Assembly: GCA_050331735.1 (NCBI GenBank)
Contig: JBHJGN010000006.1
Span: 1-64,000, forward strand
Reading direction: 5' to 3'
Length of the DNA stretch: 64,000 nucleotides
Source of the DNA: Cyanophyceae cyanobacterium
GTDB taxonomy: Bacteria > Cyanobacteriota > Cyanobacteriia > Cyanobacteriales > JBHJGN01
The notes beneath the pieces are model-generated. The model was not told the DNA's origin. It made no database searches and worked only from the letters and a program-made list of their open reading frames with translations. Numbering within the stretch: the stretch's first letter is position 1; each line of letters opens with the position of its first letter. Made by a program: the position numbers and the translations under genes. Shown piece by piece: positions 43,544 through 53,610 of the stretch.

Positions 43544-44509
43544 TTAAACTTGGTCGCAAGCGGCGATCGCCCCCAAAACTTGCTCGTGAATCAGGCCATT
43601 ACTGGCGACGATGCCTCGATTCTGAGCGAGTTTAGCCCCACAAGAAAACTTGAGGGGTTGCCCGTCCAAATCCGTCACCCGTCCGCCCGCTTCTTCAACA
43701 ATAATGGCTCCGGCGGCGTGGTCCCAGATGTTTTCTCGACGCGAGGAATCTTGCGGGAGAGGAATCCGCAGGTAGAGATCTGCGTCTCCTTTGGCGACTG
43801 CCCCGTACTTAGCCTGGGAGTCCATCCTCATCGGAGTGCAGCTAAGGCCCAGTTTACGAGCAATTTCCTCCTGTCGGGGGCGATCGCTATGGGCCGATTC
43901 TACGCTTTCAATCAGCCGTACGCTATCCGAACCGCCACGCTGGGACACCTGCACTGGCTGAGACGTTCCGTTGAAAGTCATCATCGTGGTTCCCTGACCG
44001 CTAACGGCGACAAAGAGAGTTCCGATGTGCTCCTGAAACGGTAACGCCGGACAGGCTAGGACGCCGAGCTGAACCTGACCATACTCGATTAAAGCTAAGG
44101 CGATCGCATACTGGTCGCCGCGAATGAATCCTTTCGTGCCGTCGATGGGGTCCAAAGTCCAGTAGCGAGCAGCCGTTTGTCCCTTGCCGCGATCAATCCA
44201 CTCTGTCAGCAGGTCTGGAGTCGTCTGCGGAACTGTTTGTCTCACTCGCTCAGTAATCTGTTCTAAAATCCCCCGATTGCTAGGCTGACGGAGCATTTGA
44301 GCATCCTCCTCGGCCACAATTGAATCGTCAGCAAACGCGGCGGATAAAGTTTGGCAGACAATGGCTTGAGAGCCTAAATCCGCTAACGTCACCGGCGACT
44401 GGTCCGCTTTAGCGAACGCTTGAAAACTTCCTTGACGGATCTGCTGGCACAGGCGAGCAGCAGCGGTAACGGCGGCGATCGCCACTTGTTGTTCTTTGAG
44501 ATGCGGCAT
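43544..44509 (-). CDS. 3'(2'),5'-bisphosphate nucleotidase (HAL2-like, inositol monophosphatase family)
   Basis: KADQSPVT, DPIDGTKGF, DSQAKY, WDHAAG. Confidence 0.9.
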   Translation of the reverse strand: MPHLKEQQVAIAAVTAAARLCQQIRQGSFQAFAKADQSPVTLADLGSQAIVCQTLSAAFADDSIVAEEDAQMLRQPSNRGILEQITERVRQTVPQTTPDLLTEWIDRGKGQTAARYWTLDPIDGTKGFIRGDQYAIALALIEYGQVQLGVLACPALPFQEHIGTLFVAVSGQGTTMMTFNGTSQPVQVSQRGGSDSVRLIESVESAHSDRPRQEEIARKLGLSCTPMRMDSQAKYGAVAKGDADLYLRIPLPQDSSRRENIWDHAAGAIIVEEAGGRVTDLDGQPLKFSCGAKLAQNRGIVASNGLIHEQVLGAIAACDQV

Positions 44510-44662
44510 TAGGTTTGGAGACGGAAGATACTTTATGTTTGTACTCTCGGCAGGAGCTAAAAGTCAAACTCACAGAGCTCATAAGCACTACTCGGACCCT
44601 TTACTCGCCCCGAGATCAGCTAAAGTCTATCCAAATTAGTTTTTTCGACGAGGATTTATGGA

Positions 44663-44755
44663 CTAAATACCTCGGAAAGCACACTCATTGTACAAGTCCT
44701 TGTTCACATCGGCCAATTTCAGACTACTGATTGCAGGATGCTTTGGGTTAACCAC
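44663..44755 (-). CDS. Candidate 30-aa small protein
   Basis: AGAGGAGG lies 5 nt before the GTG; MVNPKHPAISSLKLADVNKDLYNECAFRGI. Confidence 0.4.
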   Translation of the reverse strand: MVNPKHPAISSLKLADVNKDLYNECAFRGI

Positions 44756-45062
44756 GATTACCTCCTCTAAACCCGCCGGTATGGCTCCACTAGGTACGCG
44801 TAAACATAAGCTAGTAGCTCTTGTTAGCCAGTGACTACCGATTTTTTGAGTGCTGGCTGGATAAGGATACTTGGCCCAGTCTTTGCAGCATCCTGAGACA
44901 TAACGGAGTGTTGAATCTCATTGGCGGAGCTTATTTTAGTCGTGCCTGATGCTAGAGATGATAAACTGTTAGCTGAGGAAAACCTGTAGAACGGTGTGCT
45001 AAACCTAACGATTCAGAATCTACAGGAATGTTTGAGTCAACAGCTTGCTTTTCTAATCACCG

Positions 45063-45671
45063 ATGCGCTCTTTTTGGACTGAACCGTTTTTATGGATTCA
45101 TTTAGCAGGAATAGCCGTCTTGCCGCTGACTTTGCAGGCGACATGGCTTGGGTTAGCGGTGGGTGAACCGATTCCTTTCTTCTGGCTTGAGTTCCTTCTG
45201 CTCGCCGCAGTTGGCATCGTTCCGATCACGCTAATGCAGCTTCGCCGTCCGTTCGATATTTTTAGCCTGCTGCTTGTTGCCGTCAGACCAGAAGCATTAA
45301 CTCCTCGTCAGCAACAGATTTTGAGTTTGTTTACAGCCGGAAAGCAGCGCCTGCTAACGGCAGTGGGAGTGTTGATTATGCTGGTGATTCTCTGGCAAAT
45401 CTATCGAGTTGCTCCCCTAGCCGCCGTTGCTGCCTCTAGTCTTCCCCAAGTCAGGCTGCTGGGTCTAATGATTGCTGCCGTAGCCTTTCTGTTGAGTAAT
45501 TTATTTATTCAGGTTCCCCTAAGCGTTTTGGGTGTATTGTTGACCGGGGAACAGGTCTTTGCTGCTGCTGAACCGTTATCCCCAGACCAGATTCGCCAGA
45601 AGTTTATCATTCCTGGTTTTCGAGTGAATCGAATTTTGCCAGCCTCGGTAACAAACTCCACAGAAAGCTAG
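45063..45671 (+). CDS. Conserved cyanobacterial membrane protein (low-complexity-tail family-like)
   Basis: EPFLWIHLAG start and four hydrophobic segments. Confidence 0.75.
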   Translation: MRSFWTEPFLWIHLAGIAVLPLTLQATWLGLAVGEPIPFFWLEFLLLAAVGIVPITLMQLRRPFDIFSLLLVAVRPEALTPRQQQILSLFTAGKQRLLTAVGVLIMLVILWQIYRVAPLAAVAASSLPQVRLLGLMIAAVAFLLSNLFIQVPLSVLGVLLTGEQVFAAAEPLSPDQIRQKFIIPGFRVNRILPASVTNSTES

Positions 45672-45721
45672 CGGCGAACAAGGTACATTAAAATGAAACA
45701 GTCACTGAAGAGAAGCAATTA

Positions 45722-45904
45722 ATGACTAGTTCACTTCTGTCCTCGAATGAGGCATCGGTATGGGAAAGCTTGAAGCAGGCGATTGCCCAAAGCTCTGGTT
45801 TTCAGCGCTGGCAGCAGAACAACGCCGCTCAGATTCAGCAAACGAGCTTAGATGCTCAGGTGCGTCTCTATCTGCAGGAAACTCTTAAAACTCTAGCTTA
45901 CTAA
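45722..45904 (+). CDS. Small conserved cyanobacterial hypothetical protein
   Basis: WESLKQAIAQSSGFQRW...YLQETLKTLAY pattern recalled from cyanobacterial small proteins. Confidence 0.7.
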   Translation: MTSSLLSSNEASVWESLKQAIAQSSGFQRWQQNNAAQIQQTSLDAQVRLYLQETLKTLAY

Positions 45905-46449
45905 AGCTTAAGCTCAACTCCAGCATCGGCAAGAATCCCTAAGAATTTATCAAGCTGAGTGTAGGTTTCGACCAGGCGATCGCCCTCAACATGGACATCC
46001 TCAGTAGGGTAGTTTTCTAGCACTTCCAGCAAAGTAATATTACCGTCAGGTAGGGCAGAACTGACGAGGGCAGCCCGTAAAGACTGCTGACTAGCGCTTT
46101 GGGTGGGGGTGTGAATTACTTTACTCACCTGGTCAAGCAGCAGTTCTCCAGGAAGGGTGTTGAGTCCTCTCGATAGCGGAACAGGCTCGATTTCTATTTC
46201 CCGCGTCAGTACGCTACGAAGTTCTTCGGGTTCGGTGTTCGCCATTTTTAGGTAAGCTTCTAAAGAAGAAGACAGTTCACCCGTCTCGACAAAAGTACTT
46301 AGCTCAGGAACAGACACAGATTCTCTGATAAAACCGTACTTAAGCACAACAGACTCGGCTGCCTCTGTTGGATAAGCAGGCAGAACGGCAGCGGCGGTTA
46401 ATCCAAGCCCGAGCTGGGTGAATCCGTGTCCGAGCGATTGTTTGTTCAT
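45901..46449 (-). CDS. DUF1400 (alpha/beta hydrolase-associated) secreted protein
   Basis: Signal peptide, AAESVVLKYG, LRAALVSSA, ITLLEVLENYPT. Confidence 0.78.
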   Translation of the reverse strand: MNKQSLGHGFTQLGLGLTAAAVLPAYPTEAAESVVLKYGFIRESVSVPELSTFVETGELSSSLEAYLKMANTEPEELRSVLTREIEIEPVPLSRGLNTLPGELLLDQVSKVIHTPTQSASQQSLRAALVSSALPDGNITLLEVLENYPTEDVHVEGDRLVETYTQLDKFLGILADAGVELKL

Positions 46450-46580
46450 GCCATTGCCTCTTTCTCTCCATAATAATGAAGCTGACTCAATTCGGTCGAT
46501 TTTAGTTTCGCCTCGCCCTTAGCAAACCGTTTAATCACAAAAAGCTAAACTGGAAGAGAAAAGTTATTGAGGCAGGTGCA

Positions 46581-47879
46581 GTGCTCAACCCGGCGATCGC
46601 AAAGTCAGTAGAGCAGCTTAGCTATCGAGTGACCGTTGGCGACGTTGCTGCTCAAGCCGGACTCGACGTTAATATTGCCCAGCAAGGATTACTTGCCCTA
46701 GCGTCAGAGGCAGGCGGACATTTACAGGTAGCAGAGACGGGGGAAATTGTCTATTTGTTTCCCCGAAACTTTCGGTCAATTCTGCGTAATAAATACTGGC
46801 GCATCCGCTTGAGGGAATGGTGGGATAGAGTCTGGCGGGTTTTGTTCTACATCATTCGCGTTTCCTTTGGCATTGTTCTGATCGCTTCTATCCTCATTAT
46901 GGTGGTGGCGATCGCCGCAATTTTCATCGCCATGAATTCCAGCCGCGATAGTGACAATCGCAGTGACTACGGTGGCAGAAGCTATGGCGGTGGCGGATTC
47001 TTCTTCCTGCCTCGTTTCTGGCTAGGACCGGAGCTTTTCTGGTTCTTCTCGCCGAACTACGGCACTCAGCGCCAACGTCGCCGTTCGGCGCCTAGTAGTC
47101 AGATGAATTTCTTTGAAGCCATTTTCTCGTTTCTGTTTGGGGATGGCAATCCCAATCTAGACTTGGAAGAGCGGCGCTGGCAAGAAATCGGCACCGTGAT
47201 TCGCAACAGTGGCGGTGCGGTTGTGGCTGAACAGATTGCTCCTTACCTAGACATCAACAACGCTGAGGATGAGGACTATATTCTACCAGTGCTGAGCCGC
47301 TTCAACGGGTATCCGGAAGTATCTCCGAGGGGCGAAATTGTTTACTACTTTCCAGAACTCCAGGTTAGCGCTAATCGACGGCGTTCCCAACCGGTGTCTG
47401 CTTACCTGCGAGAGCAGACCTGGCGCTTTAGTCAAGCCGGAAGCAATCAAATTACGTTAGCGGTGGGATTAGGAGCAGCCAACTTCATTTTGGCTCTTGT
47501 CCTTGGTTCTCTGTTGCGCGACGGCACAGTAGCCCAGTTAGGCGGATTTTTTGCCCTGGTTGCTTCCCTCTACTGGCTGTTGCTCGGATACGGAACGGCT
47601 TTTCTCGTCATTCCCCTTGTCCGCTACTTTTGGATTCAGGGTCAGAACAGCAGAATCGAGGCGCGCAACCACAAGCGGCAAGCGAGGGCAGTAGCCCTCA
47701 ATGAAGCCGATACCGCACTACGGCGGAAGATTAACTATGCCCGTCAATTTGCCAGTGAGAAGGTAATTGGAGCAGAAGATATTACTTATTCAACGGAGAC
47801 TGATCTAATCGATCAGGAGTTAGAGAACTCCGATAAAATCGATGCAGAATGGCGACGGCGATTAGAATCGGGGTCTTAG
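46581..47879 (+). CDS. Conserved cyanobacterial/plastid membrane protein
   Basis: YRVTVGDVAA, FSFLFGDGNPN, RFNGYPEVS; three hydrophobic segments. Confidence 0.8.
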   Translation: MLNPAIAKSVEQLSYRVTVGDVAAQAGLDVNIAQQGLLALASEAGGHLQVAETGEIVYLFPRNFRSILRNKYWRIRLREWWDRVWRVLFYIIRVSFGIVLIASILIMVVAIAAIFIAMNSSRDSDNRSDYGGRSYGGGGFFFLPRFWLGPELFWFFSPNYGTQRQRRRSAPSSQMNFFEAIFSFLFGDGNPNLDLEERRWQEIGTVIRNSGGAVVAEQIAPYLDINNAEDEDYILPVLSRFNGYPEVSPRGEIVYYFPELQVSANRRRSQPVSAYLREQTWRFSQAGSNQITLAVGLGAANFILALVLGSLLRDGTVAQLGGFFALVASLYWLLLGYGTAFLVIPLVRYFWIQGQNSRIEARNHKRQARAVALNEADTALRRKINYARQFASEKVIGAEDITYSTETDLIDQELENSDKIDAEWRRRLESGS

Positions 47880-47922
47880 TATGAGCCGCAATCGGGATTA
47901 AATAATCGGGACAGATTAGTAG

Positions 47923-48681
47923 ATGCCTCAACAAGCAAGTATTCAACCGAACCAATCCTACACGTTTAGCCACTATTTTGAACTTCAAGCCGACCCTGAA
48001 GCTTTACTCAGCTACTTCGACTATTCGTTTGCCAAAATCTTTTTAGAGCTTCCCAAGGAAACTTTCGATCGAGAGGAGGCAAGTAAGCTCAAACGCAAAA
48101 TAATCGAGCGCTTGCCGAAGATCTTCTTTAGTGCAGAGACAGCCAGACGAGAAGTGCTGGTGTCTCCAGTTATTCTGTCGCTCATCGATTAGCTAGATAT
48201 TCGCGTGAAGATTGAATACCCGCTCAGGGTGAGCGATCAACTCAAAGGAGTCTTAGACTATTACATTAGCTCTCATCACCACTTATTGTACCAATTAGAA
48301 AAAGTAATAGGAGACTTGATGAGTTGGGGGAAAGGGGAAGGGGTAAAGGGGAAAGGGAAGCACAGCAGCTCTTTCCCCTTGAACCTCCAATTCTTGGTGC
48401 GTTTGGGAACTATCTGACTCCTTTCGGTAAATGGTATTAGTCATTGAAGCGAAGCGAGAAGATTTAGACAACGGTTTCAATCAACTCGCTGTAGAGCTTA
48501 TTGCCCTTCAGCAGTGGCTAGAAACAGACCAAGTTATCTATGGCGCTCTCACCACCGGAACAATTTGGCAGTTTGCCATTCTCAACCCGTAACACAACAG
48601 ATTGTTCAGGATTTGCAGCTTTACCGAGTTCCGGCAGATTTAGAAGAATTGTTTAGCATTCTAGTCGGCATTCTCAAGTAG
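47923..48681 (+). pseudogene. PD-(D/E)xK-like hypothetical gene broken by a TAG, a MITE insertion and a late stop/frameshift
   Basis: TAG at 48190-48192. Excising the MITE restores HHLL-VIEAKREDLDNGFNQLAVEL...YGALTTG; the remnant ends LVGILK* at 48681. Confidence 0.8.
48289..48436 (+). mobile_element. MITE family A, copy 5 (inside the pseudogene)
   Basis: TTG|TACCAATTAG...GGTAAATGGTA|TTA; longest internal G-rich heptamer tract. Confidence 0.9.
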
Positions 48682-48782
48682 AGAATTAATTTGCCATTCA
48701 ATTTACTGGAAACTAAAACAGTCTCAGTTTTCCTCATCAACCGATGGTCGAAATCCCTTTCCCCCTTCGCCCTTTCCCCGAT

Positions 48783-50558
48783 TTAATACCCCAATGTTAA
48801 AGCCCCCGTGCGGCGAGGATCGGAAGCGCCATACGGGACGCCATCAACCCTCATCACGCTCTGGGTACTGCCCATGGCGTTCCCAACCTCTACTTCATGT
48901 CCTTTAAGGGTGAGTAACTCAACAGTGTCAGCGTTTAAGCCCTGCTCAATTCTAAGCTGGTCGGGGAACCACTGATGATGAATGCGTACTGCATTGGTAG
49001 CGGCGGCAATGTTCATCCCGTGATCGATGACGTTGAGCAGAATCTGCAACGTGGTGGTAATGATCCGACTGCCTCCCGGACTTCCCGTAACCAGAAACGG
49101 TTTGTCGTCTTTCATCACGATGGTGGGGGTCATGGAGCTGAGCATCCTTTTTTCCGGCTCAATCACGTTGGCTTCTCCCCCAACTAAACCGTAGGCATTC
49201 GCGACTCCTGGCTTGGCAGTAAAGTCATCCATTTCGTTGTTAAGCAAAATGCCAGTTCCGGGAACGGTAATGCCGGTTCCATAGCTAAAATTGAGGGTGT
49301 AGGTATTGGCAACGGCGTTTCCCTCGCTATCGATCACCGAGTAGTGGGTCGTATCGTTACTCTCTAGTCGGTCAGTGCCTCCAGGCAGAATCTGCTGACT
49401 GGGTGTAGCCATTTCTAGATCAATTCTGTCTCTAATCTGCTCGGCATACTGGGGAGAAATCAGGCGAGCCACAGGAACGTCAACAAAATCGGTATCGCCT
49501 AGAAACTTAAAACGGTCAGCGTAGGCTAACTTCATGCTTTCTACCATCAGATGAATGGTTTGAGCCGTATTGTGTCCCAAAGAACCAAGGGGAAATTTCT
49601 CAAGGAGATTGAGAATCTGCACCAGATGAATGCCCCCAGAACTCGGTGGCGGCATTGAATACACCTCATAGCCGCGATAGGAACCGCGAATCGGTTCCCG
49701 CACGACGGGTTCATAATCGGCTAAGTCTTCCTGGGTAATTAAGCCTCCGTTCGCCTCCATTTCAGTCGAAATAGCTTCAGCGATCGCTCCTTGATAAAAC
49801 GCCGACTTTCCCTCTTCGGCAATCAGCTTTAAGCTGTTGGCTAAGTCTTCCTGAACTAGAATATCCCCGACTTCGTAGGGCACTCCGTCGTTATAGAAGA
49901 TTTCTTGACTAGCCGGATAGGGTTGCATCTTCTCTTGGGCAGCTACCAGGGAACTGTAGAGATCTTCATCCACCGGAAACCCCTCTTCAGCTAAGGCGAT
50001 CGCTGGCTGCAAGGCTCGCTCCAGCGAAATCGTTCCGTACTCTTCGAGGGCCAGCACCATGCCAGCAACGGTTCCAGGAACGCCAACGGCGAGGTGACTA
50101 AATTGCGATTTCTGCGGATCGGCCTCTCCCTCCTCGTCGAGAAACATATCCCGCGTGGCCGCTTTTGGCGCTTTCTCTCGATAATCGATGGCAACGGTTT
50201 CTCCCGTCTCGGCTAGATGCACCATCATAAAGCCGCCGCCGCCGAGGTTACCAGCGCGGGGTAACGTCACCGCCATTGTAAATCCAATCGTGACAGCAGC
50301 ATCGATGGCATTGCCTCCCTCTTTCAACACGTCTAACCCGGACTGAGTAGCGTACTTTTCCTGAGAGGCTACCATCCCGTTCTGGGCAATTACCGGATGG
50401 AAAATATCCTCCGAGCTGTAAATAGGGGGTTCTTGGGCGGTGGCGCTAGCCGTGAAGAGGAGGGAGACGGCGATAAACAAGCTTTTTCCTTGCTGCTTCA
50501 ATAAAGATAAGCATTGGAATCGAGCTGATGAGTGTTGAAAGGGACTCCTTACTGCCAT
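48783..50558 (-). CDS. ggt: Gamma-glutamyltransferase
   Basis: GGNAIDAA, GGGGFM, autocatalytic DTTHYS, LNNEMDDF, LSSMTP, GSPGG. Confidence 0.95.
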   Translation of the reverse strand: MAVRSPFQHSSARFQCLSLLKQQGKSLFIAVSLLFTASATAQEPPIYSSEDIFHPVIAQNGMVASQEKYATQSGLDVLKEGGNAIDAAVTIGFTMAVTLPRAGNLGGGGFMMVHLAETGETVAIDYREKAPKAATRDMFLDEEGEADPQKSQFSHLAVGVPGTVAGMVLALEEYGTISLERALQPAIALAEEGFPVDEDLYSSLVAAQEKMQPYPASQEIFYNDGVPYEVGDILVQEDLANSLKLIAEEGKSAFYQGAIAEAISTEMEANGGLITQEDLADYEPVVREPIRGSYRGYEVYSMPPPSSGGIHLVQILNLLEKFPLGSLGHNTAQTIHLMVESMKLAYADRFKFLGDTDFVDVPVARLISPQYAEQIRDRIDLEMATPSQQILPGGTDRLESNDTTHYSVIDSEGNAVANTYTLNFSYGTGITVPGTGILLNNEMDDFTAKPGVANAYGLVGGEANVIEPEKRMLSSMTPTIVMKDDKPFLVTGSPGGSRIITTTLQILLNVIDHGMNIAAATNAVRIHHQWFPDQLRIEQGLNADTVELLTLKGHEVEVGNAMGSTQSVMRVDGVPYGASDPRRTGALTLGY

Positions 50559-50977
50559 TACTTTCTTAAAAAGATGCTGTTGTTAAAGAGCATCTTACAG
50601 GGAAACGAGAAATCTTAACAAACTTTGTATCTGTCAACAACTCGTAACACCTTCCTCATTTTAAGAAGAGTAAAATAGAAATAAAAACAGTAACATTCAA
50701 AACTTTTTGCAAGATTCGTCATGACATCAGTGCGAACACTTTCTTAGGCAACGAATTAATTGAACAAAGTTTCTTAACCAGTAGCTCTTGATTTTTAGCG
50801 ATTGCCAATATAAATCTTATTCTTCTGCCAGATAATAGCTAGCGGTTAACGAGCTTTCAATCAGTTTTAAAAAGTTTTGAGAACTAATTGAGTAGAGTCA
50901 AGCAATAACATTCTAATTACTCTTTTTTGATTTGTTGATCTGCTTGACTCAAAAGCCTTAAATAAGGAGAAAAACCG

Positions 50978-51511
50978 ATGAACACTCACGAACTTTTGAG
51001 TCGGTATGCCGCTCAAGAATTAGATTTTGCAGAGGTTAGTCTGCATGAAGCGAGGCTTGAAGGAGCTAGTCTAAGCAGAATTAATTTAACTAGAGCTGAC
51101 TTAAGTAGTGCCGATTTTAGACGAGCGGACCTGAGTGGTGCCTGTTTGCAGCAGGCCAATCTAACAGATGCCGATTTAGGGGAAGCTAATCTAGTCGGAG
51201 CTAATTTAATTGAAATTAATTTAATTGGTGCGGAGTTGAATCAGGCTAATTTGAGGTGTGCAGACTTAAGTGGAGCAGACTTACGCTGTGCTAACCTCCA
51301 GGGAGCCAATTTGAGCGGAGCCAATCTCACCGATGTGGATGTGAATGGTGCTGACTTGAGCGGCGCTGATTTAACCAACGCTAAACTAGGAGGCACAGAT
51401 TTAAGCGTGGCTCATTTAGAAGGGGCAGATCTGACGGGAAGCACCGCTGATGAAAGAGACAGAAGACAAGTCGGTACCTCGCATCGCTGGGTAACTTGGG
51501 CTGGTCAATAA
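50978..51511 (+). CDS. Pentapeptide repeat protein
   Basis: Tandem A(D/N)Lxx repeats; AGGAG RBS. Confidence 0.92.
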   Translation: MNTHELLSRYAAQELDFAEVSLHEARLEGASLSRINLTRADLSSADFRRADLSGACLQQANLTDADLGEANLVGANLIEINLIGAELNQANLRCADLSGADLRCANLQGANLSGANLTDVDVNGADLSGADLTNAKLGGTDLSVAHLEGADLTGSTADERDRRQVGTSHRWVTWAGQ

Positions 51512-51757
51512 TTGATGTAGAGTTCAGATAGTCTAACTATTAGGGAATATACGCTAGATTGTGCTCCTTATCTAGTAGGAGGCGATCTCTTTACCTGCGC
51601 CTTAGCACTTTTTCGCAACCCAGAGCTAGGCTTTTTACCGTTACCTTCCTCAAGGAGGATGACTGACCCCAAGACAACTCATCAAGATAGATGTCTACCT
51701 TAAATTGTCAGCAAGGCTCTTGAGCTATCCTAAGTCGAGCTACTGTTGTCGGCTCTA

Positions 51758-51839
51758 TGGGCAGAGTCGGACTCGAACCGACATGACCGAAGCCGCCACA
51801 TTTTGAGTGTGGTGCGTCTACCAATTTCGCCATCCGCCC
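51758..51839 (-). tRNA. trnL: tRNA-Leu(CAA)
   Basis: GGGCGGATGGCGAAATTGGTAGACGCACCACACTCAAAATGTGGCGGCTTCGGTCATGTCGGTTCGAGTCCGACTCTGCCCA. Anticodon stem CCACA/TGTGG, long variable arm, GTTCGAG T-loop. Confidence 0.95.
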
Positions 51840-52693
51840 TGGATGTTAACTTTTCGATTATAGTCCTTTTGCCGACTTTCTAACAAGGATTGGTATTGTT
51901 GCGAACTGGCCCAGCGGTCGATTTCTCGGGCCCGCAGAACTGGAACTGGATGAGTTAACTGAGCAGTTTGCGCACTTTTGAGCATCTCGCCCAGTTGAGT
52001 ATTGCTGATAGCGTCGTAATCTCTTGCCTGAGCGATAAACGCTTCTAAATTGAGTTGAGGCGCTAGCGTTGGCGAACCGCCTGCCAGCTTCATCAGCACC
52101 GACATTACCACTTTCGGTTCCTGAATGGCCAGCAGCGCGGCGCGATCGCAGCTAAACTCAGCACAGCGTAACCAGGCCATCATCTGTTCCTGAAGCGACT
52201 GAGCAATGACGGCTCCCCAGGTAGGCAGTAAATTGGCTGCGAGGACCATCAGATTAGCCAACGTCAGATAAACACCGTGTTCGCACTTAAGATGCCCCAG
52301 TTCGTGCGCCATCACGGCCTGAATTTCTTCAGGGGTCAGCATTTCAATCAGAGACGTGTGCAGCACCATAAACGGTTGCTTCCCCCTCATGGCGAAGGTG
52401 TAAGCGTTGGGGACCGGATTTTGCTGGACGTAAAGCTGAGGCGGCTCTAGATCGAGCACCCGACAAGCTTCTAACAGCAGCTTATGGAGATGAGGTAATT
52501 GGTTGCCGCTGACTTGAACGCTAGAGGCAATGTTGTTGAGGTAGAAAAACTGCTCGCCCACAGGACCAAGCAGGCTGCGAACTGCTAAATCTAACCCCGG
52601 CAACTGCTTCAACGCTTGGGTAGCCTGAAAATCTAGCGGATGACGAAATTCGTTGGCGTTGAGACCAATCAGTTGAGTTTTGGAGATGCTCAT
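51818..52693 (-). CDS. M48-family zinc metallopeptidase
   Basis: PNAYT, HELGH, EFSCDRA, THP. Confidence 0.9.
   Translation of the reverse strand: MSISKTQLIGLNANEFRHPLDFQATQALKQLPGLDLAVRSLLGPVGEQFFYLNNIASSVQVSGNQLPHLHKLLLEACRVLDLEPPQLYVQQNPVPNAYTFAMRGKQPFMVLHTSLIEMLTPEEIQAVMAHELGHLKCEHGVYLTLANLMVLAANLLPTWGAVIAQSLQEQMMAWLRCAEFSCDRAALLAIQEPKVVMSVLMKLAGGSPTLAPQLNLEAFIAQARDYDAISNTQLGEMLKSAQTAQLTHPVPVLRAREIDRWASSQQYQSLLESRQKDYNRKVNIQGGWRNW
51857..51886 (-). promoter_or_regulatory. Sigma70-type promoter for tRNA-Leu inside the M48 CDS
   Basis: Minus strand TTGTTA-18 nt-TATAAT, with the -10 ending 17 nt before the tRNA 5' G. Confidence 0.6.
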
Positions 52694-52800
52694 CGTGGGA
52701 AGAATTTGAATTTAATAAAGCGATTAGCTCTTAGCTAGATTTAGGGAAATCACTAAACAAGCGGCTAATCGCTAACGGCTAAGAGCTGTTAATCAAATGC

Positions 52801-53220
52801 TCAAGAGTCGAACAGCCAGCCTTTCACTCGATGCATACTTTCCCAGTCTGGTTTTCTCGCCAAACCGTCGGCAATATTTTCGGCAATATCGCTACGAATT
52901 TGAGCATCGAGTCCGAGCATCTGCTGAACGGCCTGGATATGCTGACGCACTCCTGTTTGTCCGGCATCTAGCATGGCAAGAGCCAAGTTAATTCGGGCTT
53001 GGGGCGCTTGGGGATCGAGTTTTACTCCCTTTTGCGCCGCTTTACAGGCTTTGTCGGGTTTGTCTGTTAATAGATACAGCCACGCCAGACAGCTCCAGGC
53101 AGAAGCGTTTCTGGGCGCGCGATCGCAAACGTCTTGAAATACGGGAATCAGGCTTTGAGGTGATTCTCCGGCTTTATAGCGTTCTAACCCTTCGTCAAAG
53201 AGAGCAGCAGCTTGGGACAT
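52801..53220 (-). CDS. TPR-repeat protein
   Basis: Helical TPR-like pattern AWSCLAWLYL...AQKGVKLDPQAPQARINLA. Confidence 0.8.
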   Translation of the reverse strand: MSQAAALFDEGLERYKAGESPQSLIPVFQDVCDRAPRNASAWSCLAWLYLLTDKPDKACKAAQKGVKLDPQAPQARINLALAMLDAGQTGVRQHIQAVQQMLGLDAQIRSDIAENIADGLARKPDWESMHRVKGWLFDS

Positions 53221-53250
53221 ATTAAATGAGTAATTTCGATACGCCTGATG

Positions 53251-53610
53251 CTAAACTCCGAAGGATTTACCGCAGCCGCAGGTTTGATTCGCGTTGGGAT
53301 TAGTAAACTGAAAGCCGCCTCCGATCATGGCATTGCTGTAGTCGAGAACAAGACCATAGAGATACAGCATACTTTTGCGATCGCAGACGATCTGGAAGCC
53401 GTCGTAATCAAACACCTCGTCATCGGTGCGCACGTTGCCGCTCTCTTCAAAGTCCATCATGTAGGACATTCCCGAACATCCTCCTTGGCGAATGCCCACC
53501 CGCAAGCAGAGATCCTTCCCTTGCTGAGCGCGCAGCAGGATAATATGCTTAAGGGCAGTTTCAGTTAGCTGAATGCCAGAATTAGGTTTAGCTTGAGTGG
53601 CCTGTGTCAT
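53251..53610 (-). CDS. iscA: Fe-S cluster A-type carrier (IscA/HesB)
   Basis: GGCSGMSY and CGCGKSF; ATG at 53610. Confidence 0.9.
   Translation of the reverse strand: MTQATQAKPNSGIQLTETALKHIILLRAQQGKDLCLRVGIRQGGCSGMSYMMDFEESGNVRTDDEVFDYDGFQIVCDRKSMLYLYGLVLDYSNAMIGGGFQFTNPNANQTCGCGKSFGV

Noticed and set aside
43535..44044. 169-aa plus-strand ORF and the many other antisense or nested ORFs in the track
   Set aside because: They overlap well-supported genes and show no recognisable motifs.
51512..51757. Integrated element at the tRNA-Leu 3' end
   Set aside because: No integrase and no duplicated tRNA 3' end seen in the window.
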